Origin: Eledone cirrhosa
Taxonomy: Eukaryota
Assembly (NCBI GenBank): GCA_964016885.1
Contig: OZ024741.1
Span: 342,674,001-342,738,000, forward strand
Length of the DNA stretch: 64,000 nt
Direction of reading: 5' to 3'
Below the pieces are notes generated by a model that made no database searches, had not been told where the DNA came from, and saw only the letters and a list, made by a program, of their open reading frames with translations. Both the position numbers and the translations under genes were made by a program. Below are positions 41,821 through 56,158 of the stretch, in pieces. Position 1 is the stretch's first letter; each line of letters opens with the position of its first letter.

Positions 41821-42823
41821 AATGCTATTATAATATCTTAATACGGAGAGATTTCAAGGAAAAAAAAGAAATAATTTTAGATTAAAAACAAAATAGGAAA
41901 TACAAAAATATTGCTCAGTCCATCTTAGAGTTGTCACTTATATTTTCAAAAAGTTAAAATACTTTGCATAAAGATATTCTCAAAGAACACGAATATTGAA
42001 AATATTTAACAGTAACTTGCTCAGAGTTAATTTGTGTAGAATGTTTTCAAATATCAATTGCAAAAAGAATTCATACTTTCAACCAACTCTAACCCTATTT
42101 AAATGTATAATTGTTCAATCCAGTGTAACATATATCTTTGACGGTAAATACATTAGGAGCCACCATCCAATAAATTGATTTATAAAGACTGTATTGGACT
42201 AATAGCAAATCCGTTCAAACTGAGGTACAATCAACATACAATACTTTTTAGAACCTCGGCCAAAGAGTCATATATTATTGCGTCTAAAAATATTTTCAAC
42301 TTGAAAAATAAACAATTTTGCGCCACTAGAAAAAATATATAGATTACACAATACCGTACAACCATGGAAGATCTATATGTATATCCTATGTATTTCGGAG
42401 AAAACTGAGCTTATTATATAATGAACATATTTTTAATATAATCTCCCAGTAAATTTCATTTTGCAGAAATACATCAAGACTTTATTTTGTATTCTTTCTT
42501 TTCCTCACTTTCATTTTCAACTTCATATTTTATCTATGTTAATTCTATAGAATTTTTGAGAAGCATTTCAATTATTTTGTTCAAATGTAACGGAGGTTTA
42601 AATTATATGTATGTAAACACATGTTTATTGTTAACTTCATTAACGCCAAAAGACCGGAGAGTTAGATCTCAAAAGGGAAGTTTCAGCTTCAATGAAATAT
42701 CATATCACCCCCTTTTTTGTTTTGTATAAATCCTTTTTTTTTACCTGATTCATTGTAAATCCGAGCATTTACTATAAAAATATACATCTATCTATCTATC
42801 ATCTATCTCTATCAACCTATATG

Positions 42824-42867
<44 letters not shown>

Positions 42868-42993
42868 GTGTGTGTGTGTATGTATATATATATATATATA
42901 TATATATTATATGGAGAGAAAGAGTGAAAGAATCGACAGAAAATAAAAACGAAATCATGACAGTATACGCTTAGATGTGAGAGAAAGTCAGGA

Positions 42994-43026
42994 CATAACT
43001 TTTCGGACTTTGTCCTTCATCAGATG
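42994..43026 (-). ncRNA. Minimal type I hammerhead (diverged relative of 21579 family)
   Basis: cat-CTGATGA-aggac aaa gtcc-GAAAAGTT-atg. Confidence 0.55.
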
Positions 43027-43213
43027 GTAGAAAGAGGAGGAAAAACCTTTCTTCTTTGAGTGACATTTTAACTAAAGACACTCGTAATAATAAAATTCCA
43101 TAACCCTAACTCTAAATCTAAAGACTAACCGTAATCCTATCTCTAAACATAATTCCTTGACTATTTCTTGCAGTATGGTAGTGAAGGGAGTCTGCCTGCC
43201 TGATCCTTTGTTT

Positions 43214-43620
43214 TTATTTTAGCATCGTTTCTGAACAGTCTTCATCTTGGAGTATCTTAGCTGCTACGAATTGGTAGATGTCTTTAAGGTTTGATTTCAA
43301 CATTCTGTGATGAGAGAATTTCAGTTTATTCTGAAATACCATTTCATAGTCTACATAGCAATGCAAAGATCTCATTGGTAATCGTTTCACTTTTCTATAA
43401 CATAATTTATTGATTAATGATGATCTACAGTAGAGAATATCTTTCTGATGTCTGGCTCTTCTTATTTGATTTTCATCTAAGTCTCTTACCATTCTATTTG
43501 ATATGATTCTGTGGAAAATGTTGTGCAATTGGAATAATAAAATGATTGACTTTGTAGTTCTTAATGTCCTTCCTGTCTTCCTTTTTATGAATCAGTATAA
43601 TCTTTGCTTCATTTCTCTTA
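43214..43620 (-). pseudogene. Highly decayed RTE-like RT fragment
   Basis: LHNIFHRIISNRMVRDLDENQ..CYVDYE resembles RT domains 1-3. Confidence 0.45.
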
Positions 43621-43918
43621 TTTGATCTGACACCCTAATGACTCTGCCAATTTGCCACCATATGTCTCTAATAACTATTATAAATGTGACTGGGATGATA
43701 TAAAAGAGGAACATTAGGCTAGAATACATAAATTGTAGTTACACGGGTGCAGCGGAAGAAGAACAGCATTTATCAGACAGCATTTGTCAGACAGCATTTA
43801 TCTTTGGACTTAGTAAGTATCATATTAAGTTTTTGATGTCTGATTCGTGTCTAAATCTCTAGGATGGTGGAAGAAATAGGCAGAGAGAGAGAGAGAGAGA
43901 GAGAGTGAGAGAGAGAGA

Positions 43919-44035
<117 letters not shown>

Positions 44036-44354
44036 AGTGAGAGAGCGAGAGCGAGAGAGGCTGGTTTACAGATATCGGCTAACAAGAGGTATTCAGGCTA
44101 AGAGAAAGGTACGCTGAAAAAAAAAAAAAAAATGGTCAGGCAGCGACGAATTAATAAAGCTTTGACAGTCGTACTTTAATCCAGGCAAGATGACCAATAT
44201 CTAACTAGATTGGAACACCGGTACATTTGACATGTTGAAGCAGATGCAGATTATTTGCATCAGAAAATCCATTTTCTGCCAACACCTACACAATATTAAA
44301 TTGAACCTCAACTGCATCGACCAAACCATTCCAATATTATGTAGCAGTATATAG

Positions 44355-44357
44355 CAA

Positions 44358-44413
<56 letters not shown>

Positions 44414-44623
44414 ATATTATAATTAGTGGTAGTTTAAGTAATAGCAATAGTAGTAGTAGTAGTAGTAGTAGTAGTGACAGGGGCTACCATGATCATCGTC
44501 ACTATTATAATAATTATCATGATTTACTTTAGCATTATCAGCTGAATTCTCATCACCATCTTCTTCCCCCTCATCAACACCACCATCACCACCACCACCA
44601 CCACCACCACCGCCACCACCACC

Positions 44624-44657
<34 letters not shown>

Positions 44658-44666
44658 TATCATCCT

Positions 44667-44697
<31 letters not shown>

Positions 44698-44869
44698 ACC
44701 ACCACCACCACCACCATCATCATCATCGTCATCATATCCTCTCCACTACCATCACCACCACCACCACCACCACCACCACCACCACCACCACCATCATCAT
44801 CATCGTCATCATATCATCCTCTCCACCACCACCACCACCACCACCACTACCACCACCACCACCGCCACC

Positions 44870-44901
<32 letters not shown>

Positions 44902-44988
44902 ATCATCCTCGTTGACGCCATCGTGGATGTTCAACAGATATTCCTGTCGAACACACCAAGAATCCTTTGCTAATGACGTGATGGCATG

Positions 44989-45041
<53 letters not shown>

Positions 45042-45269
45042 GTATATATATATATATGTATATATGTATATATGTATATATATTTACACACACACACGCA
45101 CATATATATATATATATGTGTATATATTTACACACACACACACACATATATATATATTTACACATACACACACATACATATATATATGTATATATATTTA
45201 CACACACACACACATATATATTTACACATACACACACATACATATATATATATATTTACACATACACAC

Positions 45270-45341
<72 letters not shown>

Positions 45342-45483
45342 ATAAGTAAATATGTATATAACATACACGTATATATGCGTGTATATATATATATATGTAT
45401 ATAAATAAATCTATATGCATGTGTGGTTATATATATATATATATACTGTATATACATATATATATATATATACTGTATATACA

Positions 45484-45580
<97 letters not shown>

Positions 45581-46323
45581 GTGTGTGTGTATATATATAT
45601 ACACATACACACACCACACATATATATATATAAATATATAAATATATATATATGTATATATATATATACATATGGGCGTCTGTGTGTATGTATGTATATG
45701 CGTATATATATGCAAACACACACAGACATATATATATATATATGTATCAGGGTGTGTGTGTGTGTGTAATGTAAATGTGTGTGTATTTGTGTCAGCGTGT
45801 ATGAGTATGCTTTCGTCTATGTAATACATACTTATATATGTGTGAGTGTATGTACATAGGTGTATGTATGTGAGTGTGTACATGTGAGCATGTGTGAGTA
45901 AGAGAGAGAGAGAGAGGGTATTTGATTGTGTACACATTCGTTGATATCTTCTAAACACATGCATTTGAATGGCTTTATATTTTTGAAGGGTATACGTTGG
46001 TGTATATATATTTCTATGTATATATGTTTCTGACACTGATGTATATCGTGAATGTCTACATGTAATGTATGTATGTATGTATGTATGTATGTATGTATGT
46101 ATGTATGTATGTATGTATGTATGTATGTATGTACGTATGTATGTACGTATGTATGTACGTAAGCATACACACACAGAGACACACACACACACACAAACAT
46201 ATGTATATATATGTATATACATACATACGTATCCATACCTGTTCATTATTGATATATATATATATATGCGTCTATATTTGTGTGGGATACACATACATAC
46301 ACACACTCAGATGACTACATAGA

Positions 46324-46372
<49 letters not shown>

Positions 46373-47246
46373 TTACACATATATATAAACAACCATATAC
46401 ACACACACATGTATGCATATATAATATATATATATATCAGTGTATATACAATACACACACAAACGCACATACAAACACACACACACGCACACACAAACAC
46501 GCACACACACACAGAGAGACACACACATACATATATATATATATCAGTGTACCTGTGTGTATATATACACATGTCCATATATACCTGTACATGTATATAT
46601 CTCTATGTCTGCGTTGGTATAAGGCAGTATCGTATGCGGTTATCGATCGAATACGTTGAGACAGAAGTGAGATGGTGTAGAGTGGTGTGGTGAGTGTATG
46701 ATGGCGGCGGCTGTGCTGTGCTGCTGGTAGTGCCGGTATTGATGGTGGTGGTGGTGGTGGTGATGGTGGTGGCGGTGGTGGTGGTGGTGGTGGTGGTGGT
46801 GGTGATGATGATGGTGGTGGTGGTGGTGGTAGAGGATCCATCTCTGCATAACTGTATACTACTTGTGACCCAACTGTCTCCTATGTATCGTAGACAGCGG
46901 CATTAATATTGGCAGGTGATGGTGATGGTGGGATGAGGGTGGTTATAGCAGTGTGTGTATGTGTCTGCGTCTATGTCTGTGTGTGTCTGCGTGTATGTCT
47001 GTGTGTGTGTGTGTATGTGTGTCTGCTTGTATGTATGTGTGTGTGTGTGTGTGTCTGTTTGTGTGCGTGTGTCTCTGTCTGCGTGTATGTGTGTATGTGC
47101 GCGTGTGTGTCTGTGCACGTGTGTATGTATGTGTGTGTGTGTCTGGTGTGATGACAGAAGCGTGTGGTGGTTTGCAAAAGGTATGGTTGGTGTGTGTGTT
47201 TGTGTGTATATATGTGTGTGTGTGTGTGTCTGTGTGCGTGTATATA

Positions 47247-47281
<35 letters not shown>

Positions 47282-47896
47282 CTACGTGTATGTGTCTACG
47301 TGTATGTGTGTATCTGCGTGTATGTATGTGTGCGTGTGTCTGGTGTGATGACAGACGCGTGTGGCGGTTTGCAAAAGGTATGGTTGGTGTATGTGTGTGT
47401 GAGGTGATGCTGGAATATGGTGGAACAAACATGGCTGCAGTGTCTATAAATAGCCGTCTATAAGTCTCTCTCACTCTCAGCTTCTATCTCTCTCAACCTC
47501 TCCCCTCTCTCTCTGTCACTCTCTCTCTCACCCTCTCATACACTCATCCTGTCTATTGAAATCTTATTCGCTTTATATCAATTTTTCTCATACCTTCTGC
47601 TCCCTCCTCCCCACTCTCTCCCTTTCTTTCTCTCTCTCTTTTTCTCTGTCTCCCTCTCTACGTCTAACTTCTTTCTTTCTTTCTTTCTTTTTTCTCTCTC
47701 TCTTTCTCTGGCCCTCCCTTTGTCTCGCATCTTCCTTTCTTTCTTTCTTTCTTTCTTTTTTCTTTCTTTCTGTCTTTCTCGTTTTCCTTCTCCCCTTTCT
47801 CTCTTTGTCTCGCTTCTTTCTTTCTTTCTTTCTTCCCTTCTCGCTTTCCGACTCCTCTCTTTTTCTCTGTCTCTCTAAGTCTCGCTTTTCTTTCGT

Positions 47897-47928
<32 letters not shown>

Positions 47929-47932
47929 TCGT

Positions 47933-47991
<59 letters not shown>

Positions 47992-50150
47992 CCTTCTCTC
48001 TCTTTCTCTCTCACATTCTCTCTGTCTCTGCTTCCCCACTCACTCTACCCCCCCCCTCTCTCACTTAGATTACTTGAAGCTGTAAAGCTGTCACATACAT
48101 TCGACTTGTCACTGCAATATAAAACGTGTGTGAATTCTTGGTTGGAGGCGATGAGTGATAATTGTGATGGTGATGGTGGTGATGGTGATAGTGGTGGTGG
48201 TGTTGGTGGTGGTGATGGTGGTGGTAGTGATGGTTATGGTGGTGATGGTGTTGGTGATAGTGGTGGTGGTGTTGGTGGTGGTGATGGTGGTGTTGGTGTT
48301 GAAGGTGAAGGTGTTGGTGTTGGTGATGGTGGTGGTGGTGGTGGTGATGGTGTTGGTAATGGTGATGGTGGTGGTGGTGATGGTGGTGGTGGTGGTGGTG
48401 GTGGTGGTATGGGTGGTGTTGGTGGTGCTGTTGGTGGTGATGGGGGTGGTGGTGTCGTTGTTGTTGTTGGTGGTGGTGATGTTGGTGGTGATGGTGTTGG
48501 TGATAGTGGTGGTGGTGTTGGTGGTGGTGATGGTGGTGTTGGTGTTGGTGTTGGTGTTGTAGGTGAAGGTGTTGGTGTTGGTGATGGTGGTGGTGGTGGT
48601 GGTGGTGATGGTGTTGGTGATGGTGATGGTGGTGGTGGTGATGGTGGTGGTCGTGGTGATGGTGGTGGTGGTGGTGGTATTGGTGGTGTTGGTGGTGCTG
48701 TTGGTGGTGATGGGGGTGGTGGTGTCGTTGTTGTTGTTGGTGGTGGTGATGTTGGTGGTGATGGTGATGTTGGTGGTGGTGGTGTTGGTGGTGGCATTGA
48801 TGGTTTGGTGTTGTTGGTGGTGTTGAAGGCGATGAGGTGATAATTGTGATGGTGATGCTGGTGATGGTGTTGGTGGTGGTGATGGTGTTAGTGGTGTTGG
48901 TGTTGGTGGTCATTGTGGTGGTGGTGATGGTGGTGGTAGTGATGTTGGTGATGTTGATGTTGATTGTGATGGTGGTGTTAGTGATGGTGTTATCGGCGGT
49001 GGTGATGGTGGTGATGGTGGTGATGGTGATGTTGATGTTGATGTTGATGGCAATAATGGTAATGGTGATGTTTGTGATGGTGGTGGTGGTGTTGTTGATG
49101 TTGGTGATGGTGTTGTTGGTGTTGGAGGTGATACGGTGATAATTGTGATGGTGATGTTGATGATGGTGTTGGTGGTGGTGGTGATGGTGATGGTGGTGGT
49201 GTTGGTGGTGGTGATGGTGATGGTGGTGGTGTTGGTGGTGGTGATGGTGAGGTTGATGATGGTGTTGGTGGTGGTGGTGATGGTGATGGTAGTGGTGTTA
49301 GTGGTGGTGGTGATGGTGATGGTGGTGGTGTTGGTGGTGGTGATCGTGAGGTTGATGATGGTGTTGATGCTGATGTTGGTATTGATGGTGGTGTTGGTGA
49401 TGGTAATGGTGATGTTGTTGGTGATGGTTTTGTTGTTGTTGGTGGTGATGGTGATGTTGATGATAGTGATATTAAAGTTGATATTGATGGTGGTGTTGGT
49501 GGTGGCGATGGGGATGGGGGTGTTGTTGATGGTGGTGATGGCGATGGAGGTATTGTTGATTTTGATGTTAGTGTAGGTGATGGTGTTGGTCGTGCTGGTC
49601 ATGGTGCTGTTGTTGGTGGTGGCGATGGTTAGTGGTGTTGTTGATGATTTTGTTGGTGGTCGTGGTGATGATGGTGATGGTGGTTGTCATTGTGGTAACG
49701 GTGGCGATGGAGGTAGAAATGGAAATCTTGTTGATGGTGGTGTTCGTGATGGTAGTGGTGATGGTGATGGTGGAGTTGACGACGATGATGATGGTGGTGG
49801 TGGTGATGGCGATGGTGATGATGGTGATGGTGATGATGGTGGTCATGGCGATAGCGATGGTGATGATGGTGTTGGTGGCGGTTTTAGTAATGGCCGTTGT
49901 ATGTCCTTGTGTGTGGAGAATTAAAATGTAGTGTTGGTGGGGAGGGTGTTAGCGGTGGTAGTGATGATGGTATTGGTGAGGATGATAGTGGTGCTGATGA
50001 TGGTGGTAGTGGTGAGGGTGGTTGTGATAATGGTATTGGTAAGGATAGTAATGGGGGTGGGATGGTAACGGTTGGGATAGTGATGGGGATGGTAATGGTG
50101 ATGGTGGTGGTGGTAGTGATGATGGTATTGGTGGTAATGATGATGGGGAT
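44355..50150. repeat. Simple-repeat field: (TAG)n, (CAC/CAT)n, (TA/CA)n, (TATG)n, (TTTC)n, long (GGT/GAT)n
   Basis: Directly visible. The poly-G, poly-P, poly-H and poly-V ORFs are artefacts. Confidence 0.95.
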
Positions 50151-50231
50151 GTGTGTGAAATCATATTTGACTTGATATGGTTTAATGTCTTTAATTGTAA
50201 TATTGGTTCTGATAATGATGACGATAGTAAT

Positions 50232-50652
50232 TGTTGGTGTTGCTGTTTAACCCTAGGTCAGCCTAGGTTGAGTATATCTACGATAGAAGTTAGACCAATT
50301 GTGATATTGATCACGAAGGTGACTGTTGGTATTGTTGTTAAACCCTAGGCCAATCTGAGTTGAGTATATCTACGATAGAAGTTAGACTAATTGTGATAAT
50401 GAACACAATAATAACTGTTGGTACTACTGTTTAACCCTAGTCTAGGTCTACGATAGATGTTAGACTAATTGTGATAATGACCATGATGGTATCTGTTGGT
50501 ACTGTTGGTACTGTTGTTTAACCCTAGGCCAGTCTTAGTAGTGTATATCTACGATAAAAGTTAGACTAATTGTGATAATGATCCCGATGGCAACTGTTGG
50601 TGTTGTTGTTTAACCCTAGGCCAGTCTTAGTTGTGTATATCTACAATAAAAG
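50232..50652. repeat. About 91-bp tandem repeat, about 4.6 copies
   Basis: aaccctag recurs at about 50249, 50342, 50433, 50520 and 50612, each with tctacgatagaagttagactaattgtgataatga. Confidence 0.9.
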
Positions 50653-51834
50653 TAATTCCAACTCTGATCATTTTATCTTTTTCTTATGCGCAAAGAATCC
50701 AGGACCACATTATCCCGCATGTTCTTTTCTATAAAAGTAGGCGGAGGTGAGTTGGAGTGATACGAAGAAGATTTTGTTGTTGTTATTTGTTCTGGGTTAG
50801 TGGTTCGGGAGTTCGATTCACAATCGTGAGGTTGTAAGTTTGATTCCTCCCGGGCGATGCGTTATGTCCTTAAGCAAGACATTTTATTTCCTGTTGCTCC
50901 TTCTGCCAGGAATTAAAACCGGTAGGTAGTAATAGTAATTGGAAAGACGAATGGAGACATTGTTTCCATTGGTCAAATCTGCCGAATTCTTCGCCCCTTC
51001 CTCCGGTAAGCGAGCGAGGTCTGGGGTTTTGTTGTTCATTTAAAGATTTCTAGAAAGTCGAGTGACTACATAGAAGCTTATTTGCAGAGTTAGTAGACGT
51101 TGATAATGTCTTGTCTTCAGGCTACTCCTCTGACTAATGACAGTATGCCAGTCAACATTCAGGCACAAAAACAGCTTCAAAAACTAATCGAAGTAAACCT
51201 TTAAGGAACGCCACTTGCACATGTTCAGAAAATGCGATTAAGGACCATTCGTCATTTATAATTTAACCCTTTTGATAAACTATCTGAAACTGTCATTGGT
51301 TCTACGAAACAAAATTGCTTCTTTTATAATATCTAAAGAAAATCTAGGAAATTCAGACGCAGAAAGTAACTGTAAATACAGTTGGTTATTATAAATAACT
51401 GCTTGACGGAAATGGTTTATAACTTGAATTATTTTCTGAATTCCATTTCTGTCATCGTTTCTGGCAGAGCAGCCATCATACATTTCTTGATCGTCTAAGT
51501 TGAATCCTTAAGATTTCAGTAATTTCATTTGTTATTAATTTATCATTTGTTTGGGCAACTTCCACATCTCACAGACAGTGTTTGTTTACATTTTCTTCGT
51601 TGCTAGTGTAACGGACTCACATAAACAATTGGCATTAAATAGATACGTCTTGTGTTTTATTGACAGTCACTGGCAAAATATAATAACTAGATTCCTTCAG
51701 TTCAGCTAAAGTATTGACTAAATTTTTTCTACACAACAATTGATAAATTTATTTTGAATCTGCGATGCTAAAAAGCCAAACTCGCTATCTTCAATTCGGT
51801 AATCGTGTCAACCCAATGGTTATGAATCTTGGGT

Positions 51835-52210
51835 AATGACCGAAAGAATACAATCGCGAATACAAGCGACCGAAATGGGGTTCATCCGAAGAGTTTCTTT
51901 ACATGATAGAGTGCGTAGCTCGGAGATCAGAGAGTCGTTCTAGGTAGAGCATTTACTTCTCCGAATTGAGAGATCACAACTCCGATACTGTAGACAGGTG
52001 GTTAGAATGTCTCAGGAAAGAATCGTTGGACAGATTTTACGGGAAAAACAAAACGACAGGAGACCCAGGGTGGATCCCCGAGCAAAATGGTTGGATAACA
52101 TCCATGAGCTTGGTCGGATTCGCTTCGGGATCCAGCAGGATAACTTGGCGACGGTGGCTTCTGACAGGACCCGATGGAAGGAGTGTTTGAGGACTCTCGC
52201 TCCACGACCC
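51835..52210 (+). pseudogene. RTE-like LINE 3' remnant
   Basis: VRMSQERIVGQILR..PRAKWLDNI..LATVASDRTRWKECL. Confidence 0.7.
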
Positions 52211-52555
52211 TTTCGTGAAATGTTTTTCGAAAATGAAATCAAACGCAGCTTTTCATATTAAGTTACCTTAAATACTTGTACTCCTCTGCAACATATTATC
52301 TACACAACAGCATATGTTTCCTGGACAACCAAATAATTACACCAAGTATTAGGAAAAATATTTCCTTGTTTTGTTTCATAAACTAATGGTGTGGAGTAAC
52401 AAGTTTTTCTGATATTGACAATTGTTATCTCTCAGGTTATCAGGTTGATAAAAGATTTGTATTGAATTACGTTGATCTTGTGTTTGGTACACGCTACTTT
52501 GGTATTATGCTTTTTCTTAAGCTGACAATTATTTTCTAGCAATCATATTTACATA

Positions 52556-52750
52556 TGGTAGAGCGACGGACACTATGCTTCGCGGCATAGAGTTACGGCC
52601 CTTTACATACTGAGTTCAAATCCCGCCGAGGTTAACCTTGCATTTCATCCTTACGGTGTCGATAAATAAAGCACCAATAATGCACTGGGGTCGATTTAAT
52701 CGACTCCCCCCCTTCAAACTACTGACTTTGTGTCTAAAGTAGAAACAATC
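52556..52750 (+). mobile_element. OK-like SINE
   Basis: Family motifs as at 8073. Confidence 0.85.
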
Positions 52751-53586
52751 GTATTTACATATTATCTGTACAACTATTTCATATCAACTATTTACTTCTC
52801 TAACCAGTTCTCAAACACCACATGTATAAACTAGGCATGAGCAACCGTTTTCAGGCAGTAAGCTGTATAAGTTGTGGCTCATCATAAGGCGGGCCACACT
52901 ACTAGAAAATTCAAGGCAATTTTGAATTTAGGCGTGCCACTCAGAAAGGTAGACGGGCCGCAGTTTAGTTTGCCAATGATCGGTATAAGCCGTATGGGAA
53001 TTGTTTATCTTTTCCTCTTGAAACATTCTCTCATGGTCTACATCAACTAAAATCTACAGGTTTGTTGTATTAGAAAATTATACCCATATGTTATTTAATA
53101 TATTGACTAAATCTATGTAAAAAACAACAACATTATATGGAATAACTTTAGAAAAAAATTATGTCAACAAAATAGTCGTACTAATATCCATTTTGAACAT
53201 TAAATATAATTAGTTTTTATTTATGATCTGAAGCTGCTGTAAAAATCAATTTTAATTTACTGAACTAAGAGATTTTGGTGAAATAGGAGCATGAACTTAT
53301 TCAAAATAGCAAATATAGTTAACTTCAAAAACATATAAATTAACAAAAACACATATATAACGTATTCCTGTATCATGCTACTAGTTTACAGTTTACAGTT
53401 ATCACCGTAGTCTTCACATAGTAAAAATATCGTTAGGCGGGCAATGATTGTATCAACACATCTTTTAGTATAAAGATGTTAGGTAAGCAATGGGTGTCAA
53501 TAATATTTTTCAGACTAGTAAAGTATTGTAAAGGGAGGAACATTTATTAAAAAATATTTATATTTAAACCTCAGACTATATTGTAC

Positions 53587-53782
53587 CAGACCTGCCAACC
53601 TCTAAAAACCCAAACGGGGAGTACCACGAAAAAAAGGGTCCCAAAACTGGGAGAAACGAGGCAATGTGGGGGAGATTTTACATAATAAAAGCTATACCCA
53701 TTTTCACAAGAGAAGACATCTTTCACCCACCCCAAGGTGGGTGGGAGATCTCCCTGTCGGACAGGGAGAGTTGACAGGTCTG
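53587..53782. mobile_element. MITE with CAGACCTGCCAAC TIRs and 6-bp TSD TTGTAC
   Basis: ttgtac|cagacctgccaacctct ... gagagttgacaggtctg|ttgtac. Confidence 0.82.
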
Positions 53783-54708
53783 TTGTACAATATGACCTTC
53801 ATCTTTTTAAAAACGTTAATGTGTGATTTCAGAGTGATTTGGTTGCTTCTTTCTAGAAAGTCGAGCAACTCCATAAAGACTCTGGTAGTAATGTTTTGTT
53901 TAGCTTCATATCAACCATGATTAAATAAACATAGACTGAAACATGACAGGATTTACACCTGTATTATTAATGATAAGGGTTACTCCCCACTGTATTCCAG
54001 TTTAAATAACTTTTAATTACCAATATCTCAGTTGTCTCCCTTTCTATTTTGACGAGGGTTATTCATCTGGTTCTCATTAATTATCTTAATCTCATTAAAT
54101 TTTATTGGGTTAATTTGAGTATTTTTGTCGTATTTTTCAGACACACTACACATAGAAAGAAGTGCTTCACCCAAAATATCTTTTGTTTGTAAGAAGAAAG
54201 ACGGTAGATTGAGGGACGATTTTAACAGGTCGATTGACCACGCAGTGGATTTATGGTTGCCGTGTGATTCCACGTTGATTCGATGAAGTTGAAGTTGTTG
54301 ATGTTTAAGGGAAACTTATAAAGGTATATACGATTTGAGTATAACATGAATGGCTAGATTGGGAACAAAATCTAGATCTTAGAATTCAGGAGAATAGGAT
54401 CTATGATGTATTAAGATAAGTTTCGATTTAGAAAATATTAACCACATAACATGCTAATCTGCAAATAATAATACCGTTCTTTATAAAATATGTTTAGTGG
54501 AATATATATATATATATATATATACATACTCAGGGAGTGTAAAGCGAAGTTACTGTGGGTTCATCCAGGCGAGCATTCGATGTTTAGGTTCACATCAGTA
54601 GCGAGGTGTAGAGCTAAACAGGGTGTAATATAATAAGGCAAGGACGATTGCTTACTCCTTCATTACGTTTATTGATAAACGGAATGAAGGCTTACCCAAT
54701 CGTCCTTG

Positions 54709-54750
<42 letters not shown>

Positions 54751-54756
<6 letters not shown>

Positions 54757-55493
54757 AAAAAGAAAATTTCGCTCTACATGGCTGAATACATTAAATGTAA
54801 TCTGAGTTTTTCGAATATTAATAATAACATTCGATTCGTTTGCAATTATGCAAACAAGCCTCATTTTATAGCCATGTCAGTAGAATGAACCCTTGATTCT
54901 TGCTCTTCTGTTGGCATGCGAACAGAACTGCAGACACTAATGTTTCTGGGTATCACCCTTCATCAGTACAGCACATTATTCACCTGCCAAACTGTCAGAG
55001 CTAGTGAAAATATATGCTATTTTCAAAAATACACAGTGACTGATCGGCCTGATTTGCATATTAACAGACTGGCTGATCAGTCAGATCTGCATATTAGCAG
55101 ATCCACTGATCAGCAGACTGGCAAGTCAGTTTCCTGTATACGAGCCATAAATGGCCGGCTTTGCCAAATTCAAAATAAAAAAGAAAATTTCGCTCTACAT
55201 GGCTGAATACAATAAATGTAATCTGAGTTTTTCGAATATTAATAACATTCGATTAGTTTGCAATTATGCAAACAAGCCTCAATTTTATAGCCATGTCAGT
55301 AGAATGAATCCTTCATTCTTGCTCATATGTTGGCATGCGAACAAAACTGCAGACACTAATGTTCGCATGCCAACACAAGAGCAAGAATGAAGGGTTCATT
55401 TTGCTGTCATGGCTATAAAATTGAGGCTTCTTTGCATAATTGCAAACGAATCGAATGTTATTAATATTCGAAAAACTCAGATTACATTTATTG

Positions 55494-55496
<3 letters not shown>
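54751..55496 (-). mobile_element. PLE pLTR-type array: direct repeat (period about 421 bp) plus terminal inverted copy
   Basis: 54751-54944 matches 55172-55363, and 55360-55496 is an inverted copy. Flanked by (TA)n. Confidence 0.85.
54928..54971 (-). ncRNA. Type I hammerhead ribozyme, GUC site
   Basis: ctgta-CTGATGA-agggt gat accca-GAAACATTAGTGTC-tgcag. Confidence 0.85.
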
Positions 55497-55546
<50 letters not shown>

Positions 55547-55969
55547 TTGTATTTAAGGCACTGTGGAATCAATAAATTTGGTAGAACTAAATTCTCGTGC
55601 AAAGAAGCAATATAGTTAGTTATATTTACAAAGCGATGAACATAAAAAAATGTGTATCGCTTAAAATAACATTAACTATTACATGTTAGACTCAAATTGA
55701 TAATGTGTATAAGTGTAAATTGCATCTGGTTATGGCAGACAGGCATGTTAGTATAGTGGATTTTATAAATTTAAATGCACCAACATACATAAACATAAGA
55801 TAACAGTTGAAAAGAAATTGCATGAAAACAATGGTATAAAAGATAAAAAATAGAAGATTACCAGATATCATGGAGTGGATTAAAATAATGTAGGAAAAGA
55901 TTACAAATTCAGATAACTAGATGTATCTTGAGTCTTATACTAATTTTTGGTATACAAACAACACACACT

Positions 55970-56000
<31 letters not shown>

Positions 56001-56009
56001 GTATATATG

Positions 56010-56046
<37 letters not shown>

Positions 56047-56093
56047 ACAAGAATATACATATATACATATATATATATACACACACACATATT

Positions 56094-56158
<65 letters not shown>

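Noticed and set aside
48065-50175. Gly-rich, Pro-rich or His-rich structural-protein-like ORFs (also 57239-58109)
   Set aside because: Degenerate (GGT/GAT)n repeats open in most frames, with no signal peptide or unique domain.
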